From assembly GCA_963823665.1 (NCBI GenBank), contig CAWGMQ010000010.1, forward strand, positions 1,536,001-1,600,000: 64,000 bases of DNA. The letters are read 5' to 3'. The first letter of the stretch is position 1. Each line of letters starts with the position of its first letter. Source of the stretch: an uncultured Planctomycetota bacterium (GTDB taxonomy: Bacteria > Planctomycetota > Planctomycetia > Isosphaerales > Isosphaeraceae). The notes below the pieces were generated by a model. It searched no databases. It had not been told where the DNA came from and was given only the letters and a program-made list of their open reading frames with translations. Below, piece after piece: positions 40,791 through 49,840 of the stretch. The position numbers and the translations under genes were made by a program.

Positions 40791-43456
40791 CATTCCTGAC
40801 CTCGATCCTCGCCACAATGCTGCTCGCCCAACCCCCGGATTCCATCGTCGTATCGGGAATCGTGGTTGACGCTGCCGAAAAGCCATTATCAGATGTTGAC
40901 GTCGTAATCTGGGCCCGGATTCTCACAGATGGAACGGCCCCCACGCTGGCACACACAACGACCGGCTCACAAGGCACATTTCGCCTCACGATCGCCCTGA
41001 AGCCGTTGCCGGGAATGGCGCCGCGCCGGTTTATCTTTGCCTACCAACCGGGCCGGTCAGTCGCCGTTCAAGAGGTCGATCTGTCGGGTGATGCTGCACC
41101 GGCGCCGGTCCGAATAACGCTGGCCGAGCCGTCCCGACGCACCCTGACAATCCTCGGTCCCGATGGTCGTCCGGTTCCAGGTGTTCGTGTTGCGCCCGTT
41201 CTCTGCGCGTTCGACCGCAGGGGGTTGTTCCAGACTCCCGACGATCGGCTCGAACGTTTGACGATTTCCAGCGCCGGCGACGGCGTGGTAACGCTTCCTT
41301 ATTTCCCGCCGGGGATCGATCCGCTCACGCTGCGGGTGACAGCACCTGGCATCGTCCCCCACGATCTTCCTCTCGTCGATCGTCCTGCCCCCGATCGGAT
41401 CACCCTGAAACTCGGGCGTCCGGCAAGCTTGGCCGGTTCGGTCTTTAACGACTCCGGTCGGCCGGCCCGTGACGTTCCGATCGAGGTCTGGCTCGAGAAC
41501 ACGTATCGGATGCCAGGCGAACCCGACGTGCAATGGAAGGCAAGCCCATCTCTTATCCGCTTCGATTCCGGGCCTGTCCGCACGGACGCCGATGGCTCGT
41601 TCCTGACTCCCGCGCAGCTTTTGACCGGCTCGTCATACCGCATGATCATCCGCCCCGAAGGCGGCCCTCTGGTCACGTCCGACTGGCTCAAGGCCACGGG
41701 CGACCGGACAACTTTTCCGCCTCTTCGACTCAGGCAGCACCGCAAATTGCAGGGGCTCGTCCAGGATCGGCAGGGCAAACCCGTCGCGGGTGCGCGGGTG
41801 TTCCTTCCCTCGGCCGAGCCGTCGACCACGACCGATGCGCAGGGCGGTTACCTGCTGGAAGGCGTGCTGCCGGACAAGACTTTCCTGCTCGTCAAGGCCG
41901 AGGGCTTCCGATTCCAGGGCTGGCCAGCCATCCCGGCCAGAGAGCCCAGAGCGGCGAAGCTCATCCTCGTACGAACGAGCGAACCGCATGACCGCATCAT
42001 GGTCCCCCAGCCCGCCCCGCTCTCGCCCGAGGAGTCGCGAGCGCTCGCACGGCGGCTGCTCGAGCCCTCGTTGCAAGCCGCGCTGGCCAAAGGCGACGAC
42101 CGTGCTCGATGGGATTGCCTCCGCATCGCCAGCAGGATGGACCCCGCCCGGGTGCTTGAGCTGCTCGAGAAGCACCCCATCCAGAACCCCGGCATGGAAT
42201 CAAGCATCCGGAAAATGGTCGCAACAGAAATCCTTGCCACCGATCCCGTGGCGGCCGAATCGATCGTCAAAGAAATGCCGGACCCGAAGAACCGCGAATG
42301 GGCTTACGTCGAGCTGGCCAGCGCTCTACCAGACGACCAGCGAGCTCTGAAGCGCAAGTTTCTCGAGCTCGCCACGGCCGAAGCTCACGCTCCCCTGCTT
42401 GCCGCGCGGGTTCCTGAATCCCGGCGCGTCGAACTGGGGCGGCTCGCCCGGGCGTGGCTCGATCTCGGCGAGGTGGAACCGGCCCGCCCGCTTGTCCGTG
42501 AAGGGTTGGAAACGGTCCCGGTGCTACCGAAGATCCAGCAATTCGACGATCGATTCTTGGCGACCGCGGCGAGGATCGAGCCTATTCGGGTGTTGTCCCT
42601 CATCGGGAACGTGACCAGCGCCACTGACCGCCAGGCCTATTACTCCCGGATCGCCGAATCGCTCGCAATCGAGCATCCGGCCGAAGCGGAGCGTGTGTTC
42701 CAGCTCATCAATGATTCACCTCGAACACCGATGCAAGTCAGGTCCCGAATAGCCCTGCAACTACGACTTTGTCGGCGCCTCGCCAAGAGCGACCCGCCAC
42801 AAGCGCGTCGAATCATCGCGCGAATGCAAATGCCCCGAGACCAGGCTCTTGGCTGGGCACTTCTCGCGCTCGGCCTGGCAGATCGGGACAAGCAGGCCGC
42901 AAACACGGCCCTGGCTGAGTCGATACAGGTAATCGATCGCCTTACCGCTTCCGCGAAAGACGTGAAACCCGCCGCCACGGGAGTTCTCGCTGACCCCAAC
43001 CCCGCCGCGCTCATTCTCCCGATCGTTGAAAAAGTGGCGCCGGAACGCCTGGAAGAGGTCTTCTGGCGAGCGGTCACCCTGATGCCAGATGACGACCTCG
43101 CACAGAAGCGAGGCACCGTCGATTTCCGCCTCGCCGGGGCGGCAGTTGTCCTCGCCCGTTACGACCGCCAGATCGCCGACGTGTTCGTAACGCAGGCCAT
43201 GTCAGCCCTGCCCGCCAGCCGAACTGTCTATAGCCCGATGATCATCCGCGCCAAGGCGGGCGTTGACCCTTCTGGCGCCGTGACGCTCATGCAAGCGCTG
43301 CCGCCCGGCGGTCGCGACGAGCGACGGTCGCCCAATGGTATGATGTATTCCGCCCGCGACGAGTTGCTCATCTACCTGATCGAACCCAGCGATCGTCACT
43401 GGCAGTACGTCTGGACCCACGTAGGCGTCGACCTCGACGAACGAAGCTTCCCTTGA
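40784..43456 (+). CDS. Secreted protein with carboxypeptidase-regulatory-like Ig domains and a helical C-terminal half
   Basis: Repeated G.V.D..GKPV.GA.V / TTTDAQG.Y motifs. Confidence 0.8.
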   Translation: MLTFLTSILATMLLAQPPDSIVVSGIVVDAAEKPLSDVDVVIWARILTDGTAPTLAHTTTGSQGTFRLTIALKPLPGMAPRRFIFAYQPGRSVAVQEVDLSGDAAPAPVRITLAEPSRRTLTILGPDGRPVPGVRVAPVLCAFDRRGLFQTPDDRLERLTISSAGDGVVTLPYFPPGIDPLTLRVTAPGIVPHDLPLVDRPAPDRITLKLGRPASLAGSVFNDSGRPARDVPIEVWLENTYRMPGEPDVQWKASPSLIRFDSGPVRTDADGSFLTPAQLLTGSSYRMIIRPEGGPLVTSDWLKATGDRTTFPPLRLRQHRKLQGLVQDRQGKPVAGARVFLPSAEPSTTTDAQGGYLLEGVLPDKTFLLVKAEGFRFQGWPAIPAREPRAAKLILVRTSEPHDRIMVPQPAPLSPEESRALARRLLEPSLQAALAKGDDRARWDCLRIASRMDPARVLELLEKHPIQNPGMESSIRKMVATEILATDPVAAESIVKEMPDPKNREWAYVELASALPDDQRALKRKFLELATAEAHAPLLAARVPESRRVELGRLARAWLDLGEVEPARPLVREGLETVPVLPKIQQFDDRFLATAARIEPIRVLSLIGNVTSATDRQAYYSRIAESLAIEHPAEAERVFQLINDSPRTPMQVRSRIALQLRLCRRLAKSDPPQARRIIARMQMPRDQALGWALLALGLADRDKQAANTALAESIQVIDRLTASAKDVKPAATGVLADPNPAALILPIVEKVAPERLEEVFWRAVTLMPDDDLAQKRGTVDFRLAGAAVVLARYDRQIADVFVTQAMSALPASRTVYSPMIIRAKAGVDPSGAVTLMQALPPGGRDERRSPNGMMYSARDELLIYLIEPSDRHWQYVWTHVGVDLDERSFP

Positions 43457-43484
43457 GGCTAGGCGCGAGACACGGCGCGAAAAC

Positions 43485-43511
43485 GGGAAAAGGTTCCAGG
43501 AACCCTTAACC
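43485..43511. repeat. Dispersed palindrome GGGAAAAGGTTCCAGGAACCCTTAA (also about 40099, 45585, 48131-48173)
   Basis: Direct sequence matches; AAGGTTCC/GGAACC(C)TT hairpin. Confidence 0.8.
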
Positions 43512-43515
43512 CTTC

Positions 43516-44418
43516 CTAAAGCCGAACCTCCCTGACCGCACGCTCGGACCTCCTCCAGAATTCCGCCTCTCGTTCCAGCCCGTACGTCCCAGCAGACTCA
43601 GCCAGCCGGCGGTAGCGCTCCGCCGGATCGATGCGACAGGCCCACCAGATCTTCATTTCGTCCTCGGGACAGAACCAGATCGGCTGCCCGTCTGCTTCGT
43701 CTTGGTGGTTGGCTCCGTTCATCCCGCACCGGAACTGTGTGCAGTGCCAGATCCCTAGCATGTGTCCAGTCTCGTGCACGGCAATTTTTGCCGTCCGGCG
43801 GAGGAAGGTCTTCGGCTCACGTTCTGGGTCGCCCAGGCGGTGCAGCGACCAGACGCCGACGCCCCCGCTTAGCGAAGCCTGCCCGAAGACGAAATTCCAT
43901 CCCTTGCCCGGCCAGAGGTCGGATGTCGTCAGCGCCAATACGACCATGGCATCCGCGGGCTTCCTCCGGCTGAGCAACCGGAGCACGAATTTCGTCAAGA
44001 TCTGCTCCACGCCCGAGTATGGGTGAAGTCGCCGTGCCTGATGAGGGACCCATGCCAGGTCCATCCGCTCGAGCTTTTGAACCGGCGCTCCGTAGAAGTT
44101 CCCGAGCAACTCCGCCGTCGCTTTGATCGCGGCGCTTCGTCCCGGGTCGAAATCGCCGAGCGGCTGAAGATAGATCGTCGGTCGCAGCTCCGTCGGCCGG
44201 ACGGGATCGCTCCGGCGATACTCTTCAAGCGACTGCCCAGGCTCCTCGTGCTCGTCTAGCCAGTCCCCCTCCTGTATCGTCCCGATCGGGTCGTGCAACG
44301 GCGCGATCGCCCGACCCGCGGATCGGATGGCTGACAGCTCGTTCGATCCATTTTCGGGCCGCCCAACCATCGCCCGATCCTCCGGCATCCTGTGTGGACC
44401 GTCGCATGCCATAAGCAC
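43516..44418 (-). CDS. Archaemetzincin (peptidase M54)
   Basis: DLWP..WNFVFGQA and HETGHMLGIWHC...CGMNG...FCP. Confidence 0.9.
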   Translation of the reverse strand: MLMACDGPHRMPEDRAMVGRPENGSNELSAIRSAGRAIAPLHDPIGTIQEGDWLDEHEEPGQSLEEYRRSDPVRPTELRPTIYLQPLGDFDPGRSAAIKATAELLGNFYGAPVQKLERMDLAWVPHQARRLHPYSGVEQILTKFVLRLLSRRKPADAMVVLALTTSDLWPGKGWNFVFGQASLSGGVGVWSLHRLGDPEREPKTFLRRTAKIAVHETGHMLGIWHCTQFRCGMNGANHQDEADGQPIWFCPEDEMKIWWACRIDPAERYRRLAESAGTYGLEREAEFWRRSERAVREVRL

Positions 44419-44544
44419 TGCTGGAGTTCGAGCCGCGACTCACCTTGTCTGATCATACCCCACTTACGATCTTGATTCCTGCCTGATCGGTTGTCAATCG
44501 GAGGGAAATTGACCGCTCGCCAGCGGCCCGCGAAGAAGCTGTCC

Positions 44545-44952
44545 TTACTTTCTGCCCAGCGCGCTGAATTTATGAAAGACCCCGTCGACGAAGGTCAGTT
44601 TTGAGTTCGTCTGCGCCAGCGCCTTCGTGGTTTCGTCGAGCCGGCTGATCGTCTGTGCGATGCCGAGGTTGGCCTTGTCGATCTTGGTGTTGGCCATCGC
44701 CACATGTTCTTGCGTTTCGTCGAGCCGTTTATTGGTTACCTTGAGCTGACGATTCGTTTCGATGAGCTGAGTTTGCATATTCTCGAGCTGGCGGTTTGCC
44801 ATGCTCAACTTGGCGTTCGCGGTCATCAGGTGCTCATTCGCGCTGCCCAGGTACTCAAGCGTCCGGTCGACGCGGCTGAGCATCGACTGCCCGGAAAACG
44901 CGGCGATGCACGCGGTCGCGATACAGATTCCTCCCACCATGAAGCGGGACAT
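44545..44952 (-). CDS. Membrane-anchored coiled-coil hypothetical protein
   Basis: N-terminal TM followed by heptad AN/TN..L repeats. Confidence 0.7.
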   Translation of the reverse strand: MSRFMVGGICIATACIAAFSGQSMLSRVDRTLEYLGSANEHLMTANAKLSMANRQLENMQTQLIETNRQLKVTNKRLDETQEHVAMANTKIDKANLGIAQTISRLDETTKALAQTNSKLTFVDGVFHKFSALGRK

Positions 44953-45297
44953 TGTCTTGCTCCCTTCCCACTTTATTTGATCTCCGTCCTGGGTTTCAGA
45001 CGTGGTGAGTCATCTGTATCTCAACTCCTCGCCTCGCCCGACCGAACGAGTGGAATACTATGCAATCGACGCGCCAAAGAATCGAAGCCCGACAGCCACT
45101 CCCGGAAGCCGCGGCTGAGCGAATAAAGCTGCGGGCTGGTGCCCCGCAGGGGCGTGGGCATGAAGTGGACCTCGCCGGCTGTCCAGAGGACGCCCCGCCT
45201 CCGAGTGGGGAGGAAAGAGAGCTTCCGACCGTTCACGGCTGCGGAGTTTGCGTGGTGATGCGCAAGGTGCGGGCGCGCTCGCCGGTCAGTGCATCGA

Positions 45298-45489
45298 TCA
45301 CGCCGGCGGCCTCCTGGTCGCTGGTCCATGCCTCTGCACCAAGACGCCAAATGCCGTCTCGGCCTCTGCGCGATCCGCAGTCAAGAACCGTTCAAGAATC
45401 TCGCAATCGGGCCAGTCGCGCACAACGCCGAAACCAAACAGCGCCCGGTTCTCCCTCACCAGAATCGCATTACCCATGCGGTCGCGCAT
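45298..45489 (-). pseudogene. N-terminal fragment of a planctomycete ECF sigma factor
   Basis: LFGFGVV..WPD.EILERF...AETAFGVLVQRHGP, then similarity ends. Confidence 0.7.
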
Positions 45490-45775
45490 GCCGATGTCCC
45501 TCCCCCTCTGCGTGCCTCACATGACAGTGCACGAGCGCGGGGAATTATTCCCGCATTCAAAAAAAATCGACCGGGAGGCCAGGCGGGGAAAAGGTTCCAG
45601 AAACCGTTAACCCCGTTGCCGGACCGTCTATTTGGCGTGGAATGCAGAAGTTGAGCGGGCGAGCACGGCCCGCGCGCGCTCCGCAACGGCCCCTTCAAGC
45701 CCACCCGTGTGATTTTTATCTGGACTCTTCGCCTGAGACCTCGGGAACAAATCCCCCAGCCGAACCATTATATTC

Positions 45776-47550
45776 ATGGTAGTCGAGCAGCCGCGAGCAG
45801 TCGTGGCTCGTCACGCTGCGGGATTCGCGACCTGTGTGGTCGAGGGGAGACGGTTCGTCGTGCTTCGAGATCTCCAGATCCTGTACGGTGTCGGCTCCTC
45901 GGTAGGCCTGACGGACCGTCAGCTCCTCGAACGATTCCAGTCCGCCAGCCGTGCCGACGATCACGATGTCGCCGAATCCGCGTTGACCGCGCTCATCGAG
46001 CGGCATGCCGCGATGGTATGGAACGTGTGTCGATCGCTCATCCGCGATCGGCATGATGCCGAGGACGCATTCCAGGCAACATTCCTGATCCTCGTCCGCA
46101 AAGCCGGATCGCTGCTGGTCGGTGACACGCTTGGCCCATGGCTTCACGTCGTGGCCGGTAGGACGGCATTGAGCGTGCGGAAGGCACGCGCACGCCGGCG
46201 AGCAGTCGAGCATTCCGGAGCTGATTCACTCCCGGAGTCCGTCGAGCCCACCATCTCCGATCCCTCCTGGCATGACGCGGATGAGGTCCGTGCGGCGATC
46301 CACGCCGAGATCATGATACTCCCCGAGTCCTTCCGCGCGGTGATGGTGCTGTGCGATCTTGAGGACCTCAGTTATTCCGAGGCAGCTCTACGGTTGAAGG
46401 TCCCCCTGGGAACCGTACAGAGCCGGCTGGCCCGAGCGCGTCGCCGCGTGCGCCGGGCACTGATCCAGAGTGGGATTCACCCATCGGATGGGGGCGGGGA
46501 CGCGACCGAGTCCCTCTGCGCCCCGATCTCCGGAGCGATGACGGCCCGCGGGCTCCCGCCGGCGCTGGCCGGAAGGATCGGCCGCCTGGGTGCACTGATC
46601 GCTTCCGACCCCGTTCAATGGAAAGCGACCGTGGCCGGCTCGGTCCGCGTTCTGGTCAGTGGAGGTCTACGAACCGTCGTGCTCGCCAGGTTGATGCGCA
46701 TCGTTGTGATACCCTTGGCCGCCGTCGTGCTCGGCGGGGCCCTCTTGTATACCAATGCGAGGTCCGGACAGGCCGTCCCGGATGACGCCCCGCGGCAAGA
46801 CCCTCGACCCGATCTGAAGGCAGGAGAAAAGCAACCAATCGAGATCCCGCGCCCTGATCAGCTCAGAGCGTCGTCCGGTCGCGGGAAGGCCCTACTCTAT
46901 CTGCTCGACCGGAATGGGGAGCGGATTGCCGCGCGGCGAGACGGGAAGGTAATTCGATTCCAGGAGGTCGAGCGGGAGCTCCACTGGGCCGTGATCACCG
47001 GCGCGATCGATCACCAAAAGGTTCAGAAGTCATTGATCGAGCACAAGGAGAATCCGCTGCCGCGTTCTGACCGGCCTTACTGTCGCGTCGACTTGAAGAG
47101 GCAGGTTCGCCAGGAGGATGGTTCCTGGCCCGACTGGGAAAACGTCGACGTACGCGCGAACCTCAAGATCCTGGACAACCTGGCCGAAATGGACCCCGAG
47201 CGGGTGCCCAAAAGGTTGCTGATGGATGCTATCGTTGACCCTTTACCTCATCTGACGCAAGGCAGATGGACTGATGTGGATGTCGATGCCTTCGTCCCGG
47301 CCGGTACCAAAGCACGGGGAAATCGGCCCGTCGCTCAAGTCTTGCCCCCGGCTCCGCTGCCGGATAGGCCGGCGCTGTTGATGGTGCGCTACCTGGACTT
47401 CACGGTCGAGCCCGGCCGGACCTACCGCTATCGAGTGGCGCCGTCTTCTTCAATCCTCATCTCAATCAGGGGAATCCTCGCGATCGCAACAAGTTCATTT
47501 TCGGACCCTGGAGCGAGGAGACCAACATCGTCACGATCCCGGTTCCTTGA
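45776..47550 (+). CDS. ECF sigma factor with TM helix and C-terminal extension (frameshift near 47440)
   Basis: TDRQLLERF, HDAEDAFQATFLIL and GTVQSRLARAR. DFTVEPGRTYRYRV continues as VFFNP..GPWSE..VP* (TGA 47548-50) in another frame. Confidence 0.88.
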
Positions 47551-47813
47551 CTGCGCGGCGGCGGACCCAACCTGCGGATGGCGATCCTCACCGTCGTGGC
47601 CGTCGATTGCGCGATGACGCTCCGGCTATTTCGACCTCCAGTTAGTCCAGTCCCTTTTTATTTCGCGGTGTTTCTGTGGTACAAAACCTGATGACCGAAC
47701 TGCTAGCTGTTGGCAAGGGTGTGCCGCCGGCGCTCGAGTTCGGCTGCTTCGCTTCGCTATGATGCACGGAGGTAGACGGTCGCCCTTACAGAATCCTGAC
47801 TCGAGCGTTGATC

Positions 47814-48101
47814 ATGAAGAAGGTCGTTCTTGCCCCTGCCGTAGAAATCGCCATGCGGACGCTGGACCCGGACGGCGCGCGCCGGGTTCACGCCTGGTTC
47901 AGCTACCTGGAACGCTGGGATACCGACGAGTCCGTGCGCAGAAACTCGCAACAACTCCCGGACATGCCGGGCGTCTTCGTCATGCGGACAACCACCGACA
48001 TAAGGATCTTTTTCCGGATCGATGGAGACACCGCCACCATCCTCGACGTTGCGAAAAAGGCGGCGCTTCTCAACTCGGGACGCGTCGCCGGGGTCAGCTA
48101 A
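47814..48101 (+). CDS. RelE/ParE-like small protein (tentative)
   Basis: 95 aa; V.LAPAV..MRTL and VFVMR...DIRIFFRIDGDTATILDV pattern. Confidence 0.55.
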   Translation: MKKVVLAPAVEIAMRTLDPDGARRVHAWFSYLERWDTDESVRRNSQQLPDMPGVFVMRTTTDIRIFFRIDGDTATILDVAKKAALLNSGRVAGVS

Positions 48102-48196
48102 TGGCCTCGGTGCTGGAGTCAATCGTCTTTGGGGAAAAGGTTCCATTGGGGAAAAGGTTCCAGGAACCCTTAATCCGCTCACTGCCCATAACTGCC

Positions 48197-48751
48197 TCAC
48201 CGCCCCGGCCGAAGCTTGACGAGCGCCCACCCCCGGTCACTCGACCGGAACTCATACACGCCTGCGGAGAGCGCGTACCGCTCTACACCAAAGTCGCCGC
48301 CGCGGTCGTATGCGATCGTGGACGAGGGCGTCACTACAAGCTGCCGGAGTGCGCCGCTTACGGTCGTGTAGACGACCCCATCCACCACGTAGCTGACCGT
48401 GACGCCCGTTTGCTCGGGGTTGACGATCACCACCGAAACCGCCGCACGCGAACTCGCGGGGAACGTCAGGCCAGGCACAGCCACCGGGCATAGCTGGAAG
48501 CCCCGCCGGTCGACCGCCAGCCACCACTCGTCCCGCCTGACCTGCGCGAGATCGCGGTTCACCCGAGCGGTATCTCCGCGCCTCATGTCGCTCTCAAGTC
48601 GCGCCTGGTCCCGCTCGAGCTGCTTCATGTCGACTCGTTCCGCAAGGTTGTACCAGAACCCAAACACGTCGTGCGCTTCTGCGGGCCGTGTGATTGACAC
48701 GAGCGAGCCGAGTGTCAATCCAAACACCAGAGTGAATGTGAAGTCACGCAT
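48197..48751 (-). CDS. Secreted hypothetical protein (paralog of 48823-49623)
   Basis: Signal peptide ending AEA; shared DQARLE.D..RGD and YDRGG..G..RYAL.AGVYEFRS...GW motifs. Confidence 0.75.
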   Translation of the reverse strand: MRDFTFTLVFGLTLGSLVSITRPAEAHDVFGFWYNLAERVDMKQLERDQARLESDMRRGDTARVNRDLAQVRRDEWWLAVDRRGFQLCPVAVPGLTFPASSRAAVSVVIVNPEQTGVTVSYVVDGVVYTTVSGALRQLVVTPSSTIAYDRGGDFGVERYALSAGVYEFRSSDRGWALVKLRPGR

Positions 48752-48822
48752 GACGGACGGACTCGCGCACGGTTCAGTCGTTCAAGCCAGCGCCCCGCAC
48801 CCAGCGGTATCATTTCCCCGAT

Positions 48823-49623
48823 TCAAGGTTGAGGCTCGATTCGGTCCACCCCCGACCCACCGGCCTTGGGTGCAACGGTCATCATCGGCAGCTCGTTCCG
48901 CGGCACGACATCAGACGGCGACCCGCTCGCGTCTTTCGCCGGCGCCGGCTTGAGCTTCACGAGCGACCAGCCCTTGTCAACCGATCGAAATTCGTACACG
49001 CCGGCCGTCAGTGCATACCGCTGCTCACCAAGCTCGCCCCCCCGCTGATAGCGAATCGTCGACCCGGGGCCCGCCGCCAGTTCTTGGTGCTGACCGCTCT
49101 CGGTCTTGTAGACGAACCCATCAACAACGTACTCGACCGCGGTCCCCGGCTTTCCGGCATTGACGATCACGACACCCAGTTCCGCTGACGCCGCCACTGC
49201 GCCCGGGTAGCCTGCCGCCTGTGGCAGCCGATACAGTTGTGCCGGATTCGACGGATAATACCCATACTCCGGATATTGCGGATGCGCGACCAGCGTTTCA
49301 CCGGGCGGAATCGGCTTCGGCCGCGGCACCCAGGGCCCGACGGGGAGCCACATATCGCGCCGGATCATCCGTTCGTCCAGCCAGATCCGCCGCTCATCCC
49401 GTTGAATGCGATTCAGATCGCGGTTCACGCTCATCGCATCCCCGCGATTGATGTCTTCCTCCAGACGAGCCTGGTCATGCTGAAGCTTCCACTCGTGAAC
49501 TCTCTTGAACAGAAAATCCATCGGCAGATCAGTCGGGTCTTGCACTTGCGCTGATCGTGGCGCAAGCGCCCCGACCAGGATCGCCACCGAGAGAATCGTA
49601 ACCTTATACATGCGCGTGTACAT
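48823..49623 (-). CDS. Secreted hypothetical protein (paralog of 48197-48751)
   Basis: Same two motifs with a P/Y-rich linker. Confidence 0.75.
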   Translation of the reverse strand: MYTRMYKVTILSVAILVGALAPRSAQVQDPTDLPMDFLFKRVHEWKLQHDQARLEEDINRGDAMSVNRDLNRIQRDERRIWLDERMIRRDMWLPVGPWVPRPKPIPPGETLVAHPQYPEYGYYPSNPAQLYRLPQAAGYPGAVAASAELGVVIVNAGKPGTAVEYVVDGFVYKTESGQHQELAAGPGSTIRYQRGGELGEQRYALTAGVYEFRSVDKGWSLVKLKPAPAKDASGSPSDVVPRNELPMMTVAPKAGGSGVDRIEPQP

Positions 49624-49840
49624 AGAAGCCGAGCCCCGGTTTGCCCGCCCGAATTGTCAGCATGTGATCGGTTCCGCATGAGCCATAAAGTGTCATCGGA
49701 CGCGTCACCCGATTCACTAAAGTTTCGACGCGACGAAGCATGCGAACTTGCCCCGCGTCATTGTAGGATCCGCAATTACAGACCATCCCGCGCGTATTCC
49801 TGAACGCATCAGGGTAGGACAAGGCCCGCCACTTCCGAGC

